Part shown: positions 27,895 to 41,299 of the stretch, in pieces
Numbering within the stretch: the first letter of the stretch is position 1
Layout: every line of letters begins with the position of its first letter
NCBI GenBank assembly: GCA_951406725.2
Contig: OX597818.1
Location: forward strand, 83,948,001 to 84,012,000
Reading direction: 5' to 3'
DNA from: Octopus vulgaris
Taxonomy: Eukaryota
DNA: 64,000 bases
The notes under the pieces: generated by a model
Databases searched by the model: none
The model's input: the letters and a program-made list of their open reading frames with translations, nothing else
What the model was told of the DNA's origin: nothing
Made by a program: the position numbers and the translations under genes

Positions 27895-28151
27895 GTGGAG
27901 GCGCGTTGCTTAGTGGTTAGGGTGTCAGCATCATGATCGTAAGATTGTGGTTTCGATTCTTGGAGCGGGCGACGCATTGTGTTCTTGAGCAAAATACTTC
28001 ATTTCACGTTGATCCAGTCCACTGAGCTGGCAAAAATGAGTAACGCTGCGATGGACTGGCGTCCCATCCAGCTGGGGAACACATATGCCATTAAAACCGG
28101 GAAACCGGGCCCATGAGCCTGGCTAGGTTTTAAAAGGGCGCATTTATTTTT
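27895..28151 (+). mobile_element. tRNA-derived SINE family C, full length, with 13-bp TSD
   Basis: A-box tgcttagtggtt, B-box ggtttcgattc and central ctgcgatggactggcgtcccatccag. TSD taacattaggatt at 27882-27894 and 28152-28164. Confidence 0.9.
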
Positions 28152-29261
28152 TAACATTAGGATTATCTTATTTCAATTATATTTTAAATAAATGAATAAT
28201 TTACATCCTAATGTGAACATTAAGCATTCGCAACTTTCCGTGTTTACGGCCATCACAGCAGAATGGTGTGTCAGTGTATATGTTCATTGACATAAAGAAC
28301 GGCTGGAGGTGAAACTCTTGACAAAAACAATGGGGTAGCTGGTCCAAGGTATGTAACAATACATATTTACCGTCCAATTATCAGTTAATAATTATCACAG
28401 CAGCTGCAAGGTTGCAAGGTATTTACTGGTATATACTTACCCTTAAATTAACATTTAATACATGTGCTTAATAAATATATATTAAAAAATATCGCTATAA
28501 TTCTTGTGGCAGTGACCGTTAAAGTAGCAGGTCATACATGGGCTTGTATTTGGTTGATTTATATTGCATACGAAAATAAAACATACTACGTACATACAAC
28601 TGTTTACAAAAATAGAGATTAGTGTATATTTTTTTCTACGTTCATACGTTTTGATTTACTATATTGGAAAACATATGTCACCAAAGAAAATAAGTAATCT
28701 CTCCAAAAACAAGTATAAAGCAAGGAGGATTGTGGAAAAGCGAAGGCCGTTGGTCTGACTGTTGTCCGTGCAACATCGATATTCCTCCCTGTGTTTGTGA
28801 AATTTGTATGTCTGCCATAAAGCTTCATTTCCACACACGCCAGCTTATTTTTATTCGTCCTTAGTCGAAAGACACCTGTTGTTATGTTCTGTTATTATTT
28901 TTATTGTATTTGTGTAACATTGTCCGTTTTTTCCGTCCTTGTTTTTGTATACATTCGCTGCTTTCTTTGAAGGAATCTAAAGCTCTTAGTTTAGTTTTCC
29001 CTTGGGGCTGGCCAGATTGGAGCAATCTCAAGTATAATCAGCATTTTGCATCACCTAACTGTCCGGATCTTAGGTGATACACACAAGGCTTTCATCAGCC
29101 AGAGACCACATTACATAACAGCTACCCAAGGTGATTCGCAGTGAGAGTGAACCCGAAAACATGTGATTGGAAAGCAAACTCCTTACTATACATCCACGAC
29201 TGCGCCTATATACAATATATATTGTGTATACGTATATGTTTCTACATACATACATATACAC

Positions 29262-29330
<69 letters not shown>

Positions 29331-29450
29331 TGTATGTATGTGTGTGTATATATATCGTATATATATATATATACAGTGGCGGCCAAAATGTTCAGAACGG
29401 CATTGCTTTCGTCAGAAAAGTAGATATAATTTTTTATCAAAGTTGTTTTA

Positions 29451-29822
29451 TCTCTCTCTATATAAACGGCAGTTTGTCTGTGCGTGTTTCTGTGTGTCTG
29501 TTTTCTCGTACCCTCACTCTGACCACGGCTTTCAACCGATTCTGATGAAACTTGACACACACATAGCCCAATGTCATAATTCAAAACTAACGCAGCGAAA
29601 ATTTTGAAAAGTTCCCCCAGTTCTGAAAAAAATCGATAAATTCGACATGGGGTCGAGAATCAGAAACCCAAACCACAGACCGTCTAGGGGACGCAACTCG
29701 ACCTTTTTAACTAAGAAAAAAATTTACCATCATTTTTTTTCCATTTTTTGGCTATAACTCTCTAAAAATGCTTTATAGTTATTTCCCTTACAAACCCGAG
29801 CAACGCCGGGCGATACTGCTAG
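29451..29822 (+). mobile_element. Non-autonomous Helitron nested in the Tc1 left TIR
   Basis: A|TC start, hairpin cccgagcaacgccggg (29795-29810), CTAG|T end and no TSD. Removing it restores colinearity with the right TIR. Confidence 0.9.
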
Positions 29823-30084
29823 TATTCTATAATTTTCACAGACAATAAATACATTATTTGTTATTGCCTGAGATTTTGGTGTAATTTGAGAGGATAATAC
29901 AAAAGTTATGGATGATTTAGTGATTTACTGCAAAACCCATGGCGGCCAAAATGATCAGAACGGTTGCGTTTACTCCGTGTTATAGTATATTTAACCGGCG
30001 AACTCTAATGTTTTGAATTTGTTTACGTGACGGTTCGTTTACTAAACATTAGTAAGAATATTTGCAGTGTATTTTGTTAATATA

Positions 30085-31089
30085 ATGCCACTTACTCCGT
30101 TACCAATTCGTCAGCAGATTATTAAGCTTCGAAAGAAGGATAATTTAAGTATTGGATCTATTGCCAAGATTGTTAACAAGTCAAAAAGTGTTGTACACGG
30201 TATTCTTAAGATCTATGATGATTGTGGTTCGTGTGAAGCAAGAAAGTTTACAGGTAGGCCAAGAAAAACGACCAAGAGAGAAGATCGTGCTATGGTAAAG
30301 TTGGTTAAAAAGGACAGATTTAAAACTGCTGCTGCTGTTTCTCGGAAAATGAGCATTGTATTGAAGAAAACTTTATCTCGAAAAACTGTCTCGTCGTTTA
30401 GTTCAACATAACCTACAAGCAAGGGCACCTGCAGTGAAGCCAATGATCAGCTCCAAGAATAAAAAGTGTCGTCTTACCTTTGCAACCGAACATGTGTTGT
30501 GGTCCCAATAAAAATGGCAAACGGTGCATTTATGTTATTTGTTATTTGGCTCAGATGGGAAAAGGTACGTTCGTAGAAAAGTAGGTGAAAAATTGTCGCC
30601 TAAATGCCTTAAGACTAGTGTTAAATTCGGTGGAGGAAGTGTCATGGTTTGGGGGGGGTGATATCTAGAGATGGTGTGGGCCCTTTGGTGCGATTACATG
30701 GAAAGGTAAATGCAGGAGTTTATAAACAACTTATAAAAGATCATGTCTTGCCTGTGCTGAGAAATTCAGCTAAGCGACCACCCATATTCATGCAGGACAA
30801 TGCCCCATGTCACAAGGCTAAGGTGGTCATGAGCTTCCTTAAGGCTGAAAAGGTTATTGTTATGGATTGGCCTGCTCAAAGCCCAGATCTCAATCCTATT
30901 GAAAATGTATGGAATATTCTAGGAGAACGTTCGAAAGCCAGAAATCCTAAAACAACTGAGCAATTATGGAATGCCCTTCAGGAAGAATGGAATAAGATCA
31001 CCCAGCAAGAAATTGAAAATTTAATTTCCTCATGCAGTCGAAGATGTCAGAGTGTGATTGAAGCTAAAGGGTTTCACACTAAATATTAA
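30085..31089 (+). pseudogene. Tc1 transposase pseudogene
   Basis: MPLTPLPIRQQII...GRPRKTT, KFGGGSVMVWG and QDNAPCH-(34 aa spacing)-SPDLNPIENVW...GFHTKY*, with frameshifts and a stop between ~30400 and 30660. Confidence 0.92.
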
Positions 31090-32052
31090 ATAATTCCAGT
31101 ATTCTCTGTCATTTTTGATTATTTTGTTATTTTTTCAACCGTCTGATCATTTTGGCCGCCATGGTTTTGCAGTAAATCACTAAATCATCCATAACTTTTG
31201 TATTATCCTCTCAAATTACACCAACATCTCAGGCAATAACAAATAATGTATTTATTGTCTGTGAAAATTATAGAATACAAAACTACTTTGATAAAAACTA
31301 ATACTTACTTTTCTGACGAAAACAATGCCGTTCTGAATATTTTGGCCACAACTGTATATACGCATATGTATCTACAAATTTTGATGGCTGCAACGCAATT
31401 TCAAACAATACTATTGCTTGATTGTTCTCTTAAACATGAGTAGCATGGATGTGCTATTGTATATCCATCATGTTTTTGCAAAAATTTGGCAACGACGGGT
31501 GCCTCTTGCAGCAGGTGTTCAGAGAGCTTATTTCCCATGCTAATACTCATTTCATCATGTAATTTATTATGAACTGATTTGTTTTAATCGGCTATGAGCT
31601 GCTATGTTACTCAATACATAATAGAGTTGTAAAAAAAATCAAGAGATACTGTGCCTGAAGCTTTCTAAACAACGTTATGAATTTGCCCCAAAATAGTTAT
31701 CCTGCATAAATGGATTCAAGCAGAAGTCACTAGTGTTAGACTTGTTTCTCTTCTCCGAGAGGGATGTTTAAACAAAGTCTCTCAAGCGGACTGCTCAACC
31801 ATTATTGATTGTTAAAGAAGAAAAGTACGAGGAACAAATTAAACGATCCATGCCGTAAAATATACAGAAATAAATAAAATTTATTTCTCATTTATCTAGT
31901 TTTACACCAAAATCTGACGATTACTCTTGTGTAAACTCGAATGAAAGAAAAGTAAATCATTTCAAATAAGTTATATATGTGTATATGTAGGCATATATAT
32001 GTTTACACGTACACACACACACACACACACAACACACACAAACACACACACA

Positions 32053-32147
<95 letters not shown>

Positions 32148-32150
<3 letters not shown>

Positions 32151-32481
32151 AGAGCAAAAGAAAAAATCTCTATGCCAATATGCTAAAAATAAACTTTAGA
32201 TCGTCTAACCACATACAATATTTTTCACTATAGAGACACAGATCGTTGAAATGAAGAAAGCAGGTTACTCTTTTACTCTTTTACTTGTTTCAGTCATGTG
32301 ACTGTGGCCATGCTGGAACACCACCTTTAGTCGAGAAAATCGACCCCAGGACTTATTCTTTGTAAGCCTAGTACTTATTCTATCGGTCTATTTTGCTGAA
32401 CCGCTAGGTTACGGGGACATAAACACACCAGCATCGGTTGTCAAGCGATGTTGGAATGGACAAACACAGACACACATATAT

Positions 32482-32524
<43 letters not shown>

Positions 32525-33001
32525 TACGACGGGCTTCTTTCAGTTTCTGTCTACCAAATCCACTCACAAGGTTTTGCTCGGCCCGAGGCTATAGTCGAAG
32601 ACACTTGCCCAAGGTGCCACGCAGTGGGACTGACCCTCGAACCATGTGGTTCGTAAGCAAGCTACTTATCCCCCACCCACTCCTACGCCTACAGGTTAAC
32701 AGAAATTTTTAAACAAATTCCGATCGGACCGATTTCTGTATGAATCCAAAAGGATTCTTTGTTTGTCAACGAGGAACACGAAGGAAGAATCCCTTTGGAT
32801 TAATCCAGAAATCGGTCCAATTCGGGAATAATGTGATTAAATAAAAAATTCCGCTAGCTTGCTTTCCTCGCTTCAACACGCTGTGTATTTAAAGTGAAAA
32901 ATATTGTATGTGGCATTGTATCTAAAGACTATTTTTCTAATATTGTATCTAAGTCTATCTTTCAGCATATTGAGATAGGATTTTTTTTCTTTTGCCCTTA
33001 T
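32148..33001. repeat. Long imperfect fold-back with a SINE inserted in the left arm
   Basis: Arm pairs: ataagagcaaaagaaaaaatc..caatatgct / agcatattg..ttcttttgcccttat; ccacatacaatatttttcact / agtgaaaaatattgtatgtgg; ggaccgatttctg..aatccaaa.ggattctt / aagaatccctttggatt..cagaaatcggtcc. Confidence 0.85.
32268..32691 (-). mobile_element. tRNA-derived SINE family B, full length, with internal microsatellite and 7-bp TSD
   Basis: Minus-strand head aggcgtaggagtgg...ggtcagtcccactgcgtggcaccttgggcaagtg and an (AAGAGTA)n-like tail. TSD caggtta at 32261-32267 and 32692-32698. Confidence 0.9.
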
Positions 33002-33126
33002 TTATAATTGTTTATAATTTTCCACTTAAAAGGTATTTTAATATGCTGGCCACTGATAAAATACTTTTTGAAAACATTTTATCCTCATATTAGAAGTTTG
33101 CATATACATACATACATATATACATG

Positions 33127-33168
<42 letters not shown>

Positions 33169-33352
33169 TAATATATACACTGATATATATTTTGTTTTAT
33201 TTTGTTTTGTTTACCTTGCATTATTGTACCAATGAGTATTATATTATATAAGTGTAGTATTATGAAGTTTATGCATAAGTTTTTATATTTTACATTTTTA
33301 TATTTTTATATTTATATGTATATGAAAAAATAATTTTTTTCACAATTATAAC

Positions 33353-33479
33353 AAATTTAATTCTCTGAAGAGGCCGTGGGGCATCCTTGTTAATGCCTCA
33401 TTTATACCTGCCTTTATGGCTTATAGGTTAAATGAGGTATGACTGCCCTCGCTGCCGAAACAGCTGTCAGATTTGATTT
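33353..33479 (+). ncRNA. Type-I hammerhead ribozyme motif with intact core and ~85-nt stem II
   Basis: aattTCT-CTGAAGA(33365-71)-GGC...GCC-GAAA(33457-60)-C AGCT G-TC^-AGAttt. Stem II includes GGGGCA/TGCCCT and ATGCCTCATTTA/TAAATGAGGTAT. Predicted cleavage after 33468. Confidence 0.8.
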
Positions 33480-33656
33480 AATTACATATTATATTTGAAA
33501 TTTTATACTTATATCTCTTTGTCTATTTACATTTACTGTATATTTTGTATAATGCCTTTACTGATATGTAATGGTGTAATAAAGTATTGATTGGGTATCA
33601 TCTAATAGTTGATGTTTTATTGATTTAAGTATGTTTCTCCATTTTCTAATTCTGTA

Positions 33657-33693
<37 letters not shown>

Positions 33694-33848
33694 TATATAC
33701 ATATATATAACTATATATATATATTTAGTTATGTATATATATATATATTTATATATATGTATATATATGTATGTATACATACATACATATATATATATAT
33801 ATATGTTTGTATGTATAGTTATATGTATATATCTATCTATCTACCTAT

Positions 33849-33882
<34 letters not shown>

Positions 33883-34539
33883 CGGAAAGAAATTCCAGCC
33901 TTGTTTGTTTTTCATGTTTTATTTACAATGTTATAGTAATATATTATAATATAATATAACATAATATAACATGATATAATATAATATAATATAATATAAT
34001 ATATGATATAATATAATATAATATAATATAATATAATATAATATAATATAATATAATGAAATGATGGAATGTTAATTGTCCATTCTGATTGAACTAGTAC
34101 TTTCATGCATTAAACTATGCAATTTCAGTTTCTTACAGTAGTGGTGACAGTTATGTTTAACAATTTACATCTGTAGTTAGATGACTAAAGTGTGTGCCTT
34201 GAATATATTTGTATATACATATACACACTCAAGATAAGTGTTTGTGAATAGAATTGACAAGAAAGGGGATTGCCCTATTTTCCGAAGAATGTAGTATATT
34301 AATCTAAGTGAGGTCTAACTACAATATTTTTGAAACAATGTGTAACCACCAAACTTCTACATATTTCGCAATACACGTGAGGAAATAATAATAATTTGAG
34401 GAAGCATTGTTATAGTTTCATGCTTATTTAATAGTTAAATAATAAACAGGTGAACTGTTTCAGCATCATGTGGTTGTACTGTGTAAAGGTTATGCTTAGA
34501 TCATATTCGTTAAGACGAGTTAGAGGATGATGATCAGGA

Positions 34540-34817
34540 GGGATGAGGAGGAGGAGGAGGGGGTTAATGACGATGACAATGGTGATGATGATAACACCGA
34601 CGATGAAGACGACAACGATGATAGCTAGGAGGAGGAGGTGGAGGGGGAGAAGGAGTGTCAGGAGGGGCTGTAAGAGGAGGAGGTGGAATTGAAGGAGCAA
34701 AAAAGGGGAAACGAAGAAAAATAAGTAGGGAGAAGAAAGAGAAAGAAGATGAAGATGACGACGATGACGACGATGAAGAAGAAGAAGAAGAAGAAGAAGA
34801 AGAAGAAGAAGAAGAAG

Positions 34818-34855
<38 letters not shown>

Positions 34856-34990
34856 GAAGAAGAACAAGAAGAAGAACAACAAGAAGAACAAGAAGAACAA
34901 GAACAAGAACAAGAACAAGAAAAAGAGGAAGAAGAAGAGGGGATGGAGTAGCAGAAGGAGGGAAAGAGGAGGAAGGGGCAGGAAAGGAAG
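34540..34990. repeat. Purine-rich trinucleotide low-complexity tract ((GAG)n, (GAA)n, (CAA)n)
   Basis: Direct reading of the sequence. Confidence 0.9.
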
Positions 34991-36186
34991 GCTGGTTAAA
35001 ACTATGCGGTTTCCTTCTCAAAAAGTGGAACCAAGTACAAGTTACGCGAATATTATGGAATACAGTAAAAGTGACTAATATATGTATATATACGTGCGCA
35101 TTCGTGCGTGCGTGCGTGCGTGGTGCGTGCATGTCCATGTGTCTAAACATTTTGTATGCGTTGTATTTGCGGTTTTAAAGTGTCTAATTTGATTTCACAT
35201 AATTCGTATAATGGAAATTTGCATCAATTTTCTCGTAACCTATACTTCTATCATTATTATATATGTTGAACATTTTAAGATCATAATGGCATTGAGAATT
35301 TCGTATGTAAAAATTTTGTTAATGGTTTAATGAAAAAATAAAAACATTCAATGATCTTTGTACAACCTAGATGTTAAGTGGAATGAATTATGGAAGGACT
35401 CATGTGATAGCAAAGAGAAACAATACATCTGCTGTACAGACATTTAATGAGTATAAATTTGACTGGAGTTTAGAAGCCTGGTCGATTGGATTCAAAGGTT
35501 AGTGTCCTGTGGCGTGTATATAATTCCTTTCTCTTGTATTTAAGCTTCTTAAGTATCTTATCTCATCTTATAATAATTCTGCTTGTCATTACGTTACTTA
35601 GCCCTTCGGTAACGCTTTCACGTGATTAGAGAAAAGGAGAGAGACATAAAAGTGAGAGAGAGGGAAAGAAGAAGAGTGAAAAAGAAGGAGAGAGAAGAGT
35701 CTAAGACGTGAGGTAGAGGGAATGAAATTGTAGCACTTTTACGTGATTAGTTGAAGGGAAAGAGAGGAGCAAGAAAAAGAAGAGAGAAAAATAGGATAAG
35801 GCGAAGACTGGGACAGAAAGAGGGAGAGAAAAGCTTCTACGACGTGAGGTAAGGGGAACTTTACGTGTTTAGAAAAGTTAGTTGAAGTTAGTTATGATAT
35901 AGGAGAGAGGTAAAAATATAGCTTTAGCAGAGGGCTGATACTCTGATGATGAAGTTATAGAATGACACAGAGAGAGGGAAGAGGGAGAGAGAAAGGAGTG
36001 AAAGAGAAAGAGAGATGATGATGGTGGTGGGGGGAGATTGAGTGCATAGTGAAAAGTGTATTTTTTAAAAATTGAACAAAGCTTTTTTTATATCACCTAT
36101 CACTTAACACATGCGCATAATTCCGTGAACTACGCTTCTTAACGTGGCATATATATGCAATTTAACTAAAGGTTGTATCATATTGC

Positions 36187-36561
36187 TCTCTCTTTTACTC
36201 TTTTACTTGTTTCAGTCATTTGACTGCGGCCATGCTGGAGCACCGCCTTCAATCGAGCAACTCGACCCCGGGACTTATTCTATCGGTCTCTTTTGCCGAA
36301 CCGCTAAGCAACGGGGACATAAACACACCAGCATCGGTTGTCAAGCAATGCTAAGGGGACAAACACAGACACACAAACACACACACGCATATATCTATAT
36401 ATACATATATACGACGGGCTTCTTTCAGTTTCCGTCTACCATATCCACTCACAAGGCTTTGGTCGGCCCGAGGCTATAGTAGAAGACACTTGCCCAAGGT
36501 GCCACGCAGTGGGACTGAACCCGGAACCATGTGGCTGGTAAACAAGCTACTTACCACACAG
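36187..36561 (-). mobile_element. SINE family B
   Basis: Colinear with 32268-32691 (gccatgctggagcaccgcc...ccgctaag...gacgggcttctttcagtttcc...agacacttgcccaaggtgccacgcagtgggactgaacc). Confidence 0.9.
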
Positions 36562-37661
36562 GATTTTTTTGTTTTGTTTTTGGGGAAAATGGAAAAATAA
36601 GAGTGAATATTTAATTCATGAATGTTGTGTATTAAGTCTATAAAATTGTGCCATATATATAAAGTGCATTAGTAATCATCGTATTCTAATTTCTTTCACT
36701 TCAATGAGTAGTAGATGAGCGACTATCTTTCCATACAGACACAACACAGGTTACGTTTTCAGGTGTTTTTGGATAAAGTTTTCAGAAATAACCCAATAGG
36801 TTTACCATTAATTCCGTGATATATTCATGGGTCCTGCAAGTATACGTTAATATCTCCGATGCTTAGAGCGTCTTAGTAATAACGCACATACCGTTGGTTC
36901 GCGTCATACTGGCCAGTGATAAACGTTTCTTTAAGTGTAGGTATTGCTGTGTGGCTAAGAATCTCACTTTCCATTCAAGTGCTTCAAGTTCAGTCTCATT
37001 ATACGGCAGTGATTTCTACAATAGCCATGGGCCGACTAACGGCATGTGAGTTGATTTGGTAAACCAGAAACTGTGTGGAAGCTTGTCATGTGTATGTGTG
37101 TATATGTGTAGAGAGCTGTTTGCCTGGAAATGACCCAAATTGTATAAGCGTGGAATTGAACCTTTGGTATCAGATGATTGAATACGAGGGTATATAGTTT
37201 GATGAAAAGATGCTTTTCGTGTGTATTTTGTTTGAACTATTATTTAAAATTTGAAATGTAATAGAAAAAAAACCTTCGACCCAACCTGGTAAAAGCATGG
37301 AAATACCGGCTTCAAACCCAACATTCTCTGTACACACACACATACCAACACACACGTGCACACACACTCACACACATATACCCTCATACACAAACACGCA
37401 CTCACACACATTCACATACATACATACACCCACCCACACATTTACACATATACACGCACAAACAGACATAAATAGACTCACGTGAAAGCTTCTATCGTTT
37501 CCTTGCATGGAATTCTACTCCAAGAGACTAGGGAACCCGAGACTAAACTGCAGCAGAATAGAATGTTATCCCCACCCAATGTGGCTGGCAGGCAAGCTTA
37601 TTTAACATACTGTTATGTGTGATACTTACACATAACTGTGCATGATTATATGCAAATATAC

Positions 37662-37715
<54 letters not shown>

Positions 37716-38252
37716 AAGTGAGTGTGTGTGTGAGTAAGTGGGTGAGTGTGTCAGTGTGTGCGTGTGTGTCTGTGTCGACCAGAATATCAGATGTTGCTAC
37801 GCGCTTCCTCGCTTGGTTTTAGTTTTGAAATGATGCTAGTTCTCGAGATTATCGGGCCAACGTTACCCCTAATCGGGTAGCCGACCCGTCACAGGGATTT
37901 CCCATTTGCCGCTGAGTAGACTGGAGTAACATGAAAACTGTGTGACAGGTCCTGGGATAGAAACCACGATTTTTCGAAAGCGAGTGCAGTACCCTAACCT
38001 CTAGGCCACAAGGCTAGTATTTAAGGAGTTGTCCAATTTCTTGCTGATCGATCTGGACAAATGATTTGTTTATAGGGATCGAATTTTTGCACATTACATC
38101 AGCTCACTCCCTCCCATCCAATCGATATTGCCTGCACAGGTGCAGAGCAACGTCAGATGAGGTGTTTTGCATCAGGACACAACGCATCAATTGCTCTATA
38201 CTGCAACACTCTAACCAGTAGGCCATGCGCCATTGTACGTATAAATATATAT

Positions 38253-38566
38253 CTTTTACTACATTTTATTAGTTTTAGTTACTAGACTGCGGCCATGCTG
38301 TCGCACAGTCTTAAAGAACATTTTGTTAAATGAATCGACACCAGTACTGTTTTGTTAAACCCGGCACTTATGTTATTGTTCGCTTTAGCGAAGCCGATAA
38401 ATTACGAGGCCATAAAGATACCAACACCGGTTGTCAATCGGTGGTGGGAACAAAAATAGCTACAACAACACTCGCACATCTCTCTCTCTCTCTCTCGCTC
38501 TCTCTCTCCCTCCCTCTCTCTCTCTCTCTCTCGCTCTCTCTCTCCCTCCCTCTCTCTCTCCCTCTC

Positions 38567-38607
<41 letters not shown>

Positions 38608-38774
38608 AGAATTCACGAAAAAAACAAAAGACAAAGACAGGTGGTGTAGTAAACAAATAGATGTATTATTATAACGCTCGGGAATTTAAAAAAGTCTTTA
38701 ACGTTTCAAGCCTACGCCCTTCCAGAAAATTAAACAAGGAAAGTAACAAGGAGAGACAAAAAATATGTGTAGTG

Positions 38775-38840
<66 letters not shown>

Positions 38841-38996
38841 CGACGGGCTTTTTTCAGTTCCCGTCTACCAAAAATCCACTCACAAGGCTTTGCTCGGCCG
38901 GATACTATAGTAGAAGACACTTGTCCAAAGCAACACACGGTGGGACTGAGCCGGAACCATATGATTGGGAAATAACTACATAGCTACGCTTGCACC
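38253..38996 (-). mobile_element. SINE family B with a ~175-bp element nested in its internal (TA)n (38604-38778)
   Basis: Both SINE halves are recognisable. The insert is homologous to 56200-56365 and 2915-3135. Confidence 0.8.
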
Positions 38997-41184
38997 AGTA
39001 TAATTTTGTTCTGATATATATTTCAACCTTAAGGCTGTAGCCATGCTGGGCCACCTCCATATATATATTTTCTTAAGCGATACATAAGTAGATACATATA
39101 CATACCATATATACATATTGTATGTTATATATGTATACATTCAGGCTTGGTTTCGGTAGTTGTGCTAGTGTCTGTGCCTGTCATCGTCAAGGTGGTGTTA
39201 CTATTAGTGTTAATGTTAGTGATAGTTATTCCTTTGATAGTTGGATGTTAGTGGTTGCCTGTTGTGTATGTGAGAGTATGGTAGCGGTAATAGTGTCAGT
39301 GTAGGTGGCGGTGGTGACGGCGGCGGTGGTGGTAATTGTTATGTTTAGTACTTGCGGTAATGAAGGATAGTTTCGTTAGATGGATCATTGGTTTTGTATA
39401 CTATCTAGCTTTAGGGTCGCTGTCAAAACATAATGGTTTATTTCGCGGTTGACTTTACACAGAAAATATCTTCTAACTGCCCCAACAATTTTTTTCTTTT
39501 CTTTACTTTTTTTCACTCAACAAGTTCAGTGAATAATAAATACAAAACGAAGCAAAACAAAAATAATATAAAAATGGTGACACACAAAATAAAGAAAATA
39601 AAATTTTAACAGACACCAACAACTACAGCAATAACAGAAACAACAACAAGAACAAAAATACCTACAACAGAACCAAGAATAAGCCAAATAAAAGCATAAA
39701 TAAACAATATTTACAATAGGAAAGGCAATAAATGGAATAGAAGCCGATGAGACAGTATATGCTAGTGTTCTCTTTTACGTTTTTATTATCTATTGGTGAG
39801 CATTTGTGCATGTAGGCAAATTTAGTATTGGGAATAACTGTTATGATGTACAGTAGAAGAATCTAACTATTGTGTACCAATATGATTTATAAGGGGGACA
39901 GAGAGGAAGAATGAGAGGGAGAGAGAGTATCTGGTATGTAGCATGTATATTGTAAACACTCTTTTGTGAAACACCCGCAGTATGTAATATATATTGTATT
40001 GCTTTTTGTATTTTGTTGGGGATTCTTTCCCTTTTCGTTTTTTGTATTTTGCATTTGTATGAATTTACATGTTATCTTTTTGGTTGGTTCTTCGTAATGA
40101 TTTTTTTTCTTATTGCATTTGATTCATTCGTTTGTTTTGTTCATTGTATATGTTTGTGCTGTTGCTGTAGCTTGTTTAGACAGTAGTGTAATCGTTATTG
40201 CTATCAAGCAATAACATTTCTATGGCTACCGCGTTATACTAAATTCCAGTTTCATTTTAAATGGTTTCAGGAGCTGTCTATGACACATGTAATCCAAACA
40301 ATAACTATTTATGTAAGAGAGGTATTAGATAAATTAGGATTAATTTTCCGCTCTACCAACATATGTCTATCTACAGCACTAACAGAATGCAAGCGTATCA
40401 TTACTTGTGAAATTAGCATAAGGATGGATACAAAGATAAAAATGTGTAGGGAAGAGACAGTTAACTAACTATAGGGAATATCGATCCCAATTCGAAACAT
40501 GATTATTTTATCAAACCCAGTGGAATTTTAAATGTGCGTGCGATAGTGGTTGTGATGTGCGTTCTCTTCTATTTTTAAATACACGAAGACTTCCGGTGAG
40601 GTTGGAGCCAGTTTCTAATAAATATCCTAAACTCCATCGTTTGCATGTAAAAAAGAAAGAAATAAATTTCTATTTTCAACATGAACAAAGTATTGCGTAT
40701 GTATGTATGTATGTATGTATGTATGTATGTATGTATGTATGTATGTATGTATGTATGTATGTACGTACGTTTGTATGTACGTTGTGGACATCACTCTTTG
40801 TGCTGCTGATAACGTGTAACCCAGTACACGCTGTAGCATTGTCGGATAACGGGGACTAAATCGACAACTCTGTTAAGTCTTCTTGGTATGGAGGGTAGAT
40901 TTCGTTCGACGGCCTGCAGGATTAAAAACAAAACCTGTCAAAGGAAGGAAGGATACATTCAGCAGAGTCAACAGCCTTCTATCAGCTGGGAGTGAGAGAG
41001 CCTAGTCCTGGGGGAATTGCTCTCCTCCGTTTCTGGACTTCGCGCCTTTGAATGTGAAAGTCTTAGGAGTGCTGTGGAAGCTATTACTGACGTTACATTT
41101 CAGCAAGGGAATTACTGACAGGCATTGTCTTTAACATCTCGGATAAGATTTGTTATGCTCGTCTACGAGCTGAGAGCCAACATG

Positions 41185-41263
41185 TACGTATGTATGTATG
41201 TATGTATGTATGTATGCATGTATGTATGTATGTATGTATGTATGTATGTATTATGTATGCATG

Positions 41264-41299
<36 letters not shown>

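Larger units (their letters stand above)
29374..31354 (+). mobile_element. Near full-length IR/DR-type Tc1 transposon (DD34E), inactive
   Basis: TA|CAGTG...CAACTG|TA termini and ~220-bp TIRs with outer and inner direct repeats ggcggccaaaatg(t/a)tcagaacgg (29378, 29941). The left TIR is interrupted by a Helitron. Confidence 0.95.

Noticed and set aside
34428-35150. 240-aa hydrophobic ORF and poly-E/Q/K ORFs
   Set aside because: Trinucleotide low-complexity tract that is open in several frames on both strands.
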